A stretch of 64,000 bases of DNA, taken from positions 1-64,000 of the forward strand of contig MCFE01000092.1 in the NCBI GenBank assembly GCA_002104905.1. The letters are read 5' to 3'. How positions within the stretch are numbered: position 1 is the stretch's first letter; the number at the start of each line of letters is the position of its first letter. The DNA comes from Basidiobolus meristosporus CBS 931.73. Its lineage: Eukaryota; Fungi; Basidiobolomycota. The notes under the pieces were generated by a model that was not told where the DNA came from, made no database searches, and saw only the letters and a program-made list of their open reading frames with translations. The translations under genes were made by a program, and so were the position numbers. Below, piece by piece: positions 23,191 to 33,451 of the stretch.

Positions 23191-26100
23191 TAGCTTAAGT
23201 ACATATGGAGATTTCTTGGGCTCACATACTAATGGGAAATTATCTCTGCCAGCAAATCCATTCCACATTCTCATCCAGCTTGCCATTCAGAAATGATGTC
23301 CTACATAGAGTGTTCTTAGGAAGGTCCAATGTGCATGTATGCAAAATTCAGGACTGTTTGGACAACTTTGAGACATTTCATATCTTGAGTGCCTGATGCC
23401 ATGGTGGAAGTATTCTACATGTTATTTTGTCAAGACCATTCAAAAGTATAAATACTACTTTTACACTCAAAAAAGCATCAAGTGAAGACCACATAGTCTG
23501 TTTGATCTCCTAATCACTTACAATAATTTTAAAACTCTTTAAACATTCAGGAGGGTCACTATTACAGCTTCCTGATTAGTTTGTATGCTGACTGAATCCA
23601 TCTCACAAATCATCAGGGTAATCAGATAATTAGTTTTTCAGCTCTTCTGTAGGCAGCATCTTTCTAGTTAAGAGTTTCTGTGCATGATACATTTTCTTTG
23701 TGGCTGAGCATGAATGTTATTGTAAAACTTGTAAACCCACCTATATATCCAGCTCACTTGATCACTTAGATCATCATTGACAAATCTTAAAGAATGCCAA
23801 TCAAACAACAGATTATGGGCCCTGAGCTGTCATGCTTTGGATTTTATACAGCTACTTTTGCCTCTATATTCCCATCTGCTAAAATCAAGTGGATCTACAT
23901 CTAAGTCTGAAGGATGAAGTTAAAGATGCTGCTGCAGGAAAGAAGCCCAAAGGGTATTGTTATAGGAGAAGAATACCCTCCTAAAGGTGTAGGAGACAAC
24001 ACCTTAGAGCACTAGCAAAACAACTGAGCACCTTCAGCTGCCTTTGCCTATATGTAAAAGACAGATTACAAATTCAATGCACATGGGCCACAATGTAAAG
24101 AATGCCTGGAAGGAATCAGAAGTCACCTGTGTTCAGCTGCCAGGAAAATACATTATGTGCAGCAACTCCTTACCACATAGATGCTGCTGGTATAATAAAT
24201 GAAAAATTAACTACCAAATTACCCAGTTGGTGTGTGAGATGGAGTCAGTCAGCATACAAACTAATGATGAAAGTAAAGTAGTTACCCTCCCAAATAGCCT
24301 GACAGACAAGCTTTGGGGCCTTGTGTCAGCCTCAAGGTCCAGAATTGAAATTTGATATGAAACTTTATAGATGGATGGCTCCTTAGTGAGGAGTTAAGAT
24401 AATCAAACACCAATCACAAGGAAGAAGAAAATGATTTAGTAAGCAATGAAAACTACCAAAAGTGGTACTGAAGACCTTCTGTAGTCCACATCAACCTATC
24501 TCACAGCACTGCCAAAGGGAAGAACACATATCTGACTGGTGCTTCAAGAAATGAGGTAAATGGCAGAAAAAGCCTGCATATTGAAACACTGCAACCATTT
24601 AAAATCCTCCCAAAATACTTCATCAGATCATGACAACAATCTAATCTCTAGTGCACCAGCAGTCAGTATTGATTCAAGCAAATCAATGGAAATCTATCAC
24701 TTCAAGGGAATCTGCAATCTTGATTTGACATGAATCACTGCTTAGCAGCATCTCAGAAGTGATAACATTAGTATCACAAAGCAAAAGATCTAACCAGATT
24801 CAAAATAACCCAGATGATTATAGAAATGAGGGTACAAACTTGCCTTTGCCTATTCAGTCCATATGGATGAGCACCTGTTGGTGAGCAAGTCTGTAAATAA
24901 TCCTCTGATAAGGTCTTAGAGAACTGTAATAAGTGCAGAACATGAGGCACTGATGGAAAATCAAACTTTGGACTTAGACAAATCACCAATCCACCAATAA
25001 CCAAGTGGATGCAGATGAGTTTTCAAGATAAAGTACAAGGCTGATAGTATAGCTGTAAGATACAAAGAAAGAGTTGTAACAATAGGATACTGCCAAACAA
25101 AGTACCAAACTACACTGAAACCTTTGCTCTGGTAGCCAGGTTTAAGTTTCTGTCAGGTTGATACTGGCTATTGCAGCCAAGTATAAGTTTTGGTTCACCA
25201 AATGAATGCAAAAGCTGCATTCTTGAATGGCCAGCTTGATGTGGCAATGTAGCCTGGTGCATTTGTGGATCAGATAACACCACCTGGTCTGAAAGCTCAA
25301 AAGTCTCCTTATGGTTTCAAGCAATTACCAGAGAATGGATATGTAAGACCATCTGCTATTTCAAGTCCCCAAGTTTCCAAAGCAGTACTTCAGACTATAG
25401 TATCTATACCAGGCCAGATAGAGCAAGTAATATTCTGTAAGCTCTATGTGTGGATGATCTTATTATAGCCACCAATAAGCAGATATATGAGAAGAAACCA
25501 AGTTGCTCCAATTGGTGGAGCTCAAATATCCAATCTAGGAGAACTAAGTTTCTACTTAAGAATAAAGATCTGCATAGACAGAGGTACCTGGATTATCACC
25601 CTAAGCCAGTCCAGGTATACTGATAATATACTCAAGAAGTACCAAATGGAGTACTGTAATCTTGTTGCTACCCCAACTGTGACAAACCTTAGCTTGGTCA
25701 AGATTGAACCAAATCAAGAGTACTTGGTAACATCTGAAAGCCCAGAATTCCTTTACCAAATTATAATAGACAGTCTGATATAAATATGCTGGAAACATGT
25801 CCAGATTCCTGATATTCAGTGGTAGTTGTCAGCCATCATAATAAGAGCTATGAATCTTGTTATATTCAGGCAGTTAAGTGGATTTTGGATACTGAAAGGA
25901 ACTGCTGTTATATGCTAAAAATATTCCTATAAGGACTCAGAGAAGGATCTTCTAGGAAGCTCTGATGCTGACTGGGGTGTTGTGCATCAACATTTAAACT
26001 TAGCCAATTTCACTCTGTTAGAAAATCTAGCACCCTAACTGATTCTCCCTAACGCAAACATAACTAATCCCTGTTATGGTTTATTTTATCACTTCCCAGA

Positions 26101-26249
26101 ATCTATTTTTAGCTGTCACACCTTATCAATTTTCATGTGGTCATTACATCCTCAACCAATCTGTTAAGCCTTTCCAAGTGATTAGTCATCTGAGATTTAT
26201 CCAAGCACTTAGCAGTTGCCAAGACATCAGCTGATCAATGATACAAATT

Positions 26250-29200
26250 TGTTGTAAGAGTCTTGGAGATATTGGAAGTGATTTGGAGAACAAGTAGATT
26301 ATGTGGTTTTCACTTAATGATTTATTGAATGTAAAAGTAGTATTTATACTTTTACATGGTCTTGGCATTACAAACACGTAGAATAGGTTAAGGAAGGTCC
26401 CAAGAACATGTGTGCAAAGTTTGGGGCTGTTTGGACAACTTTGAGAATTTTCATGTTCTGGGTACCTGGTATTTTGGTGAAAATATTCTAAGTAAATCCC
26501 GACAAGGAATTTGGTCAGTATTCTCTAGGATTTGAAGGTGATGATCTAAGTGACTAAGTTAGGTGAATATTTAGGTGGAAAATACGAATTTTTACAACAC
26601 TCCCACTCAGCTAAATGTTCATACTGACTAGTCCTAATTTTGACCTAAGATATTCAAACTTGTCTCTAGCTAATGGTTTGGTAAATATGTCTGCAATCAT
26701 TTCATCTGTAGGACAGTAAACTAAGCTAACTAAGTTATTCTCTATAGCTTCACGTATGAAATGATGTCTAATATCTATGTGCTTGGTTCTAGCATGAAAA
26801 GTTGGATTTCTACCTAATTGTATACATCCTTGATTATCTTGAAATAAAGTAATAGGCGTTTTTTGACATAGGCCTAAATCTGTAAAGAGCTTTCTTAACC
26901 ACATTGCTTCTTTTGTAGCTTCACAGGCTGCCATATACTCTGCCTCTGTAGTAGAAAGTGCTACGGTTGGTTGCTTTCTTGAGTTCCATGAAATGGCTCC
27001 TTTACAGTAAAGAAAGGTATATCCTGTGGTGGATCTTCTGTCTTCTAAATTTCGTCCCCAATCAGCATCAGAGTATCCCACAAGATCCTGTTCTGAATCC
27101 TTATAAGTGTATCTTAAGCAGATATCAGCAGTTCCTTTTAGGTATCTAAAAATCCGCTTAACTGCTGCAATATGATCAGATCCATAATTCTGATTATGTT
27201 GGCTGACAACTCCCACTGAATATGAGATATCTGGACGTGTTCCAAGCATGATATACATCAGACTGCCGACCATAGATTGATAAGGAAAGTCAGGGCTTTC
27301 AGATGGCACCAAGCTCTCTTGATTTGGTTGAGTTTTGACCAAGTTAAGGTTTGTCTCCATTGGGGTAGCTGCCGGTTTGCAGTCTTCCATTTTGTACTTC
27401 TTTAGTATATCTTGAATATACTTGGATTGGCTTAGGGTAATAGTCTGGGTACTTCTGTCTATGGAGAACTTAATCCCTAAGTAGTAACTAAGTTCTCCTA
27501 GATCGGACATCTTGAACTCCTTAGATAGGCTGGATTTAGTCTCTTCCAATGTTTCTAGGTTATTGGCGGCTATAATAAGATCATCCACATATAGAGCTAA
27601 TAGAACTGGATTTGCTCTATCTGGCTTATAGTATATACTATAGTCAGCATTACTCCTTTTGAAACTCAAAGATTCCAAATAAGAATCTATCTTGCAATTC
27701 CAGGCTCTTGGTGATTGTTTGAGACCATATAGTGACTTTTTAAGCTTGCAGACCAAATGGGGGTTATCTTGGTCAACAAACCCATCAGGCTGGTCCATAT
27801 ACACGTCCTCATCAAGTTCTCCATTCAAAAATGCAGTTTTTACATCCATTTGATGAATAAAAAACTTATATTTGGCTGCAATAGCCAATATTAATCTGAT
27901 GGAATTAAACTTGGCTACCGGTGCAAAGGTCTCAGTATAGTCAAGTCCTTTTGTTTGAGAGTATCCTTTGGCTACAAGTCTTGCTTTGTATCTTTCAATT
28001 GTACCATCAGCCTTGTATTTTGTCTTGAAGACCCATCTGCATCCAATTGATTTTCGGTTGATTGGTAATTTGACTAAGTCCCAAGTTTGATTTTCCATCA
28101 GTGCCTGATATTCCTCAGTCATTGCAGATCTCCAAAACTTCGTCTGAGGACTATTTAGGGCCTCTTTTACAGTCTGGGGTTCATCAACATGGACTGAATA
28201 GGCATAGGCTAAGTTTGTACCCTCATTGATATAGTAATTTGGGCTATTTCTTGTCCGATTGGATCTCCGGGCATTTGATACTGGAATGATCACTTCTGGG
28301 ATATTCCTGGGCACTGATTCTGGCTGAACCACGGTTGTAGAGTCCTCTGGAGTGAAAAAATTTTCATTGTTTTGCTCTGATTCAATCCTGACAATTGGTG
28401 GACTTGAGATCAAATTTTCGTCATCATCTGATGTCATTTTTTGTGAAAATTTTGAATTTTCATCAAACAACACATCCCTGGACTTGATCAGCTTCTTTGC
28501 TTCGGTATTGTAGAGTCTGTATGCCTTACTCTCATTGCAGTAGCCCAAAAATATGCATTTTACACTTTTTGGCTCAAATTTTGACTGATTTCCGGCCAGT
28601 TTTTTGGCATATGCTGTACACCCAAATATTCTTAGATGTTCTGCACTTGGTCTGTATCCATACCATGCTTCAAATGGAGTAGAATCACGAAGTATTCTGT
28701 TATAACTCCTATTTTTAAGATATACAGCAGTGGCAACTGATTCTGCCCAAAAATCATAGGATAATTTTTGATCATGGATCATAGATCTTGCCATATCAAT
28801 TATTGATCTGTTAGCTCGTTCTGCTACTCCATTTTGCTGTGGGGAGTATGGTACAGTAGTCTCTTGCTTTATCCCATGAATTTTGCAGAAGTGGATGAAG
28901 AGTTTTGAGGTATATTCTCCACCATTGTCAGAGCGTATTTTCTTGATTTTTTCACCAGTTTCTCTCTCCACCATGGCTTTGAACTCCCTGAGCTTAGACA
29001 GAGCTTCTTCCTTTCTCTCCATGAAGTAGACCCATGTGTATCTTGTATAATCATCAATAAAAGTGATTAAATACTTCATCCCGCCTAAGGATAAATTTTG
29101 CATAGGTCCACACAGATCTGAGTGAATTAGATCTAATTTTTTCTTAGTTTTGATTAACCCAGAGCTCTTGAACGGTTGTCTGGCTTGTTTCCCATATATG

Positions 29201-30936
29201 CAGGCTTCACAGTGCTCCAAAATAGCTGGGGGATCAATTTTCACTCCAGAAATTAGCTGATCTTTGATCATTTTACGCAAATAATCAAAATTGATGTGTC
29301 CAAATCTCCTGTGCCAAAGCATTGGTGTTTCTTCATTTAAGTTACTTATATTGGCTTCCAGATATGATGGAATATAAGTCAACTTGTATAGGTTCTGATC
29401 TCTGATGCCCGAAGCAATATGGGCACCATTTTGATCAGTGATCCTGCATCCAGAATTGTCAAAACTGAAACTGAGTCCTTCTGCTGTGGCCTTGCTTACA
29501 GAGAGTAGGTTCTTGGCTATTTCTGGTACATAGAGTACTTCTTTAAAGGTCAGTGTATGGCTTCCTTCACTGCTTCTAAGGTTTACTTGGATAGTTCCTT
29601 CTCCCACTGCATCAAGTGTTCTATCGTCACCCATGAAAACCTTCTTAATTGGAATTTCTTGATATTGGGTAAAAAGTTCTTTTTGGTGTGTAAAGTGTTG
29701 AGAAGCTCCAGAGTCAATATACCACGTCTGAGAATCCTTGTTTGTGGTCATATTTAGTGCAGATATGAATAGTCTATCTTCAGTTGTTACAGCATTTCCA
29801 TATTCAGGCTTCTTTTGCTGATAATCTCTCTTTTTGAAACATCGGTCTGATGTGTGTCCTTTCCTTTTGCAGTAGTTGCAAAATAGGTTGCTGTTGCCTT
29901 TGTAGGGTCTTGGGTACCTCCTTTGTTGGTTATCATTGCTTATTAAAGCATTTTCTTCTTCCTTCTTATTGGCGCTTGATTTTCTTAATTCTTCATCCAG
30001 GAGCCTTCCATATACGTAATTTAAGGTCAAATCTTCAGTTCTGGACTCTAGGGCTGATACAAGGCCCTGAAACTCGTCTGTCAGGCTATTCAGGATGGTA
30101 ACTATCACATCCTCATCAGTAGTTGGTACGCCCACAGATTCCATCTCATCTACCAGCAGGGTAATTCTGTTAATTAGATTTTTCATTTCTTCTCCTGGCA
30201 GCATCTTTGTAGTAAAGAATTTTCTTCTCAGATACATTTTCTTGGCAGCTGAACATGACTGGTAGGTGTCTTCTAATGCTTTCCAGGCATTCTTTGCCGT
30301 TTTTGCTCTTGAGCATTGAATTAGCAATTTGTCCTTGACATTAAGGCAAATGCAGTTAAAGGCACTTTGTTCTTTCTTCTGGTACTTCAAGGCTTCCTCT
30401 CCCACGTTTTTAGGAGGGCATTCTTCTCCCATGACAATATCCCAAAGGCCTCTTTCTTGTAGCAGCATCTTCATCTTCACCTTCCACACTTGGTAGTTAG
30501 ATCCATCCAACTTTTCAGCAGAGGGAAAAATTCCAGTAATAGCAGTAGTAGACATTGCAGAGAGTGACAGCTCGGGGCTCATAACCTGTTGTAAGAGTCT
30601 TGGAGATATTGGAAGTGATTTGGAGAACAAGTAGATTATGTGGTTTTCACTTAATGATTTATTGAATGTAAAAGTAGTATTTATACTTTTACATGGTCTT
30701 GGCATTACAAACACGTAGAATAGGTTAAGGAAGGTCCCAAGAACATGTGTGCAAAGTTTGGGGCTGTTTGGACAACTTTGAGAATTTTCATGTTCTGGGT
30801 ACCTGGTATTTTGGTGAAAATATTCTAAGTAAATCCCGACAAGGAATTTGGTCAGTATTCTCTAGGATTTGAAGGTGATGATCTAAGTGACTAAGTTAGG
30901 TGAATATTTAGGTGGAAAATACGAATTTTTACAACA
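26250..30936 (-). mobile_element. Intact Ty1/copia family A element, 350-bp LTRs (26250-26599, 30587-30936), TSD AAATT
   Basis: LTRs appear identical. AAATT at 26245-26249 and 30937-30941, PBS 30575-30586, PPT GAGTGGGAG 26600-26608. Confidence 0.98.
26611..30555 (-). CDS. Copia gag-pol polyprotein (gag, CCHC, PR, INT, RT, RNase H), uninterrupted
   Basis: CNYCKRKGHTSDRC, WYIDSGASQH, HSDLCGP/SDNGGEY/NGVAER, LYVDD, YSDADW, ADIFTK. Start placed at the first ATG after the PBS. Confidence 0.95.
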   Translation of the reverse strand: MSTTAITGIFPSAEKLDGSNYQVWKVKMKMLLQERGLWDIVMGEECPPKNVGEEALKYQKKEQSAFNCICLNVKDKLLIQCSRAKTAKNAWKALEDTYQSCSAAKKMYLRRKFFTTKMLPGEEMKNLINRITLLVDEMESVGVPTTDEDVIVTILNSLTDEFQGLVSALESRTEDLTLNYVYGRLLDEELRKSSANKKEEENALISNDNQQRRYPRPYKGNSNLFCNYCKRKGHTSDRCFKKRDYQQKKPEYGNAVTTEDRLFISALNMTTNKDSQTWYIDSGASQHFTHQKELFTQYQEIPIKKVFMGDDRTLDAVGEGTIQVNLRSSEGSHTLTFKEVLYVPEIAKNLLSVSKATAEGLSFSFDNSGCRITDQNGAHIASGIRDQNLYKLTYIPSYLEANISNLNEETPMLWHRRFGHINFDYLRKMIKDQLISGVKIDPPAILEHCEACIYGKQARQPFKSSGLIKTKKKLDLIHSDLCGPMQNLSLGGMKYLITFIDDYTRYTWVYFMERKEEALSKLREFKAMVERETGEKIKKIRSDNGGEYTSKLFIHFCKIHGIKQETTVPYSPQQNGVAERANRSIIDMARSMIHDQKLSYDFWAESVATAVYLKNRSYNRILRDSTPFEAWYGYRPSAEHLRIFGCTAYAKKLAGNQSKFEPKSVKCIFLGYCNESKAYRLYNTEAKKLIKSRDVLFDENSKFSQKMTSDDDENLISSPPIVRIESEQNNENFFTPEDSTTVVQPESVPRNIPEVIIPVSNARRSNRTRNSPNYYINEGTNLAYAYSVHVDEPQTVKEALNSPQTKFWRSAMTEEYQALMENQTWDLVKLPINRKSIGCRWVFKTKYKADGTIERYKARLVAKGYSQTKGLDYTETFAPVAKFNSIRLILAIAAKYKFFIHQMDVKTAFLNGELDEDVYMDQPDGFVDQDNPHLVCKLKKSLYGLKQSPRAWNCKIDSYLESLSFKRSNADYSIYYKPDRANPVLLALYVDDLIIAANNLETLEETKSSLSKEFKMSDLGELSYYLGIKFSIDRSTQTITLSQSKYIQDILKKYKMEDCKPAATPMETNLNLVKTQPNQESLVPSESPDFPYQSMVGSLMYIMLGTRPDISYSVGVVSQHNQNYGSDHIAAVKRIFRYLKGTADICLRYTYKDSEQDLVGYSDADWGRNLEDRRSTTGYTFLYCKGAISWNSRKQPTVALSTTEAEYMAACEATKEAMWLRKLFTDLGLCQKTPITLFQDNQGCIQLGRNPTFHARTKHIDIRHHFIREAIENNLVSLVYCPTDEMIADIFTKPLARDKFEYLRSKLGLVSMNI

Positions 30937-33451
30937 AAATTTTCATTTATCTTATGCACCTATCAGCACCCCAACAGATTCCAATTAGTCCAGTCTCTTG
31001 GTACTTACTAATTCAACTTGATCAGAAAAGTATAAATAAAGCTTACTGAGCCTTTTGGTTTAATGTGTGTCTCAACAAAATTAAGATTGTGTCTCAGCAA
31101 AACTAAGAATTCAACAATTCCATTCTAGTTTCTGCCCAAGCCTAGCATATCTTGCACACCCAATAACACCAAGCCTAGCCTGCATAGCTAGCCAACTCTG
31201 TTGCCTTTATAGCCCAACTCAGCTTTATACAAGACTAATATTAGACCAGAACCTCACTGCTAATATATCTGTCACTCTAGACAATTCTAAGATTCTGCAC
31301 TTAGTTGTCACCAAGGTTCAGTTAACTCATTCACAAGTTTTATTACACTTTTCTCTTGGATATAACATGGGGTAAGATTTACAAGGCAGAATGCCCTTCA
31401 CACCATCAGCTACCCAAAGAATGAAATTCTCAGAGTTCTTCAACCAGCCCCAAACTTTGCATACATACACTTAGGACCTTCCTTAACATACTCTACATGC
31501 TTGTTATGCCAATACTATGAAAAAGTATAAGTACTACTTTTACGCTAAATAAATCATTAAGTAAAAACCATATAAACTACCAGTTTTCCCAATTGCTTCT
31601 GGATTCTTCAATACTTCTACCACTGAAAATGTTCCAAATGTCTTTTGAACAAGTCTTTAGAATGAGAAGACCTCCATGTGGGATCTCAACCATATATCAG
31701 TAATAGCTACTTATAACAAGTGAATTGCAGTGTGCCAACAAAGGAGCTGCTCTATGGCTTATGTAATAACCAATATCAGAATAATTGATGATAATAGTAA
31801 TGCAGAATGACTATCAGAGTTTTTGCCCTGGGATTATAGAGCTCATGCACTGTAAAGAGGCATTTCCTTTGATTTCACAGATGAGGTAGCTATATGTAAG
31901 AGATGAGCAAAGGATTGTGGCTTACATTTAGGTGTATGGGCAGTACATGTAATACAGCTCTAAGCAGTATTGTCATATGAATTGATCATTATCATGTTGC
32001 TTGTTGACTCTTCATAGGATTTGGTGGATCAAAAGTTGTGTAGTATTGAAGCCACCAAGGTGCACTTAGTAATATGGTGCTAATGAGGTGATTATTAAGC
32101 TCAATTGGCTGTAGCTACTAGAATGTTAGTTTAAGTGAGCCAGATATAGTTTATGTACAGTCCAACAAGTACCTGGTGTGATAATAACTCTTATATGATT
32201 TGGCTTTCAGGGATGATGAATGAAGTCTTTCTGCTGACTCATTGCAGCAAACTTGTAGCACTATTCCAGCTAATTGTAGTGCTGCAAACTACCAGGTTGG
32301 GATTAAAATAGGCATGTAGGTGATACCAAGCTACATCATATCTACATTAAATGCCATCATGGATTGAAAGCACACCTATGTATGACTGAAGCAGGAACAT
32401 AACAACTACTGGGAGCTAGTATATAGCCTGCTAGCTAGCGAAGATATTTTATGCTACCTGAGCAATACTTTTATGATATAAACCCTGCTCCAGAGGTTCC
32501 TGAATCTGTAACACATAGTTATCCTGAGCATCTTTTTGATAAACTATAGGATTTGCAAAAGATTAGAATAACCAACATAATTGATAGTAGTACGCTCTAG
32601 TCTGAGTGAGCTCTAGCTATGGTAACAATAGATACACACTGTGAATCACTTTATGATATTGAAGAATCTGATAGAATATATGATAGGTGAATATTGGTCA
32701 ATACGTATATGCTGTGGGCACTTGGGGTGCCTAGAGCCTAGATATGTCCGCATTCTAGATATTGCAACATTCTGGTTAGAGAATCATCTTAGATTAGCCT
32801 TGCATGGGGCTCGCCAAAGACCAAGAATGGCTGAAATATAAGCTACCCAAAGTTTCAAATATGCACGAAAGACCCCCACGTGCGCACCACTTCAGAAGGA
32901 ATTTGTCAGGGCATCCCTTTCACTGTGCTAGCAAAGTTTGCACAGAAGTATGAGTACTTGACTTCATCTTTAAACCGACCAACGCGAAACCTTGCTGGAG
33001 AGGTATATTGTCTTTGTATACAGTGAGACCAAGAATTCATGCTTTATAGTGTTTGGATTCCATTGAAGAGTTCGATTACTTTGACACTGGTATGAATCTA
33101 TTGAGCAACTATTAACTCGATGCTACCGCCAAAGCGCCAATGCCGGTATGATTTAAAAGGCTAGAAATTGAACAACACCAATGCAGACGGGAAACTAAGG
33201 AAACTAGAGTGAGCTACCAATGGGTAAATGAGCGATGAGGGAATAGCCAACATGGGTATTAGCATCCACATATGTATGGTCAGTCTTCACAGAGATGGCC
33301 CATTTGCTAGGCACAAGGTACTTGGGTCATAGCCTAGCCGAGGGAAGTTGGGCTGCGGATTATCAATAATTATTGTACAGTATTAGAGAGAGGGGGAGGG
33401 GGTGGAGGGTTACCAGGGTATCTTGGGGGGGGGGTGAGTTTAAAGGGGTTT

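Larger units (their letters stand above)
25978..31367 (+). mobile_element. Solo G1 LTR (25978-26249 plus 30937-31367), 5-bp TSD TGGGG, interrupted by the intact copia
   Basis: Reverse complement of 2341-3039. TGGGG at 25973-25977 and 31368-31372. Confidence 0.9.
23300..31620 (+). mobile_element. Old, deleted and rearranged copia-A-like element (23300-25977 and 31368-31620) hosting two nested insertions
   Basis: LTR relics (~23300-23530, ~31410-31620), PBS-like ATTATGGGCCC (~23814), gag relic, RT relics (LYVDD-like, SDADWG then ..KDLQGR across the insertion). Confidence 0.7.

Noticed and set aside
30556-30714. 53-codon LTR-encoded extension in frame with copia-A gag (MFVMPRP...), also seen at 236-472, 9462-9698 and 26186-26377
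   Set aside because: Its start lies upstream of the LTR TATAAA (which encodes KSIN), so it would not be in the genomic transcript; recurrence only reflects LTR identity.
31650-32900. Possible decayed LINE-like sequence
   Set aside because: Only faint motif resemblance and no ORF; not supportable by eye.
33385-33436. G-rich tract (possible G-quadruplex) at the 3' end of the coiled-coil gene
   Set aside because: Single low-complexity tract, no evidence of function; homopolymer length may be unreliable.
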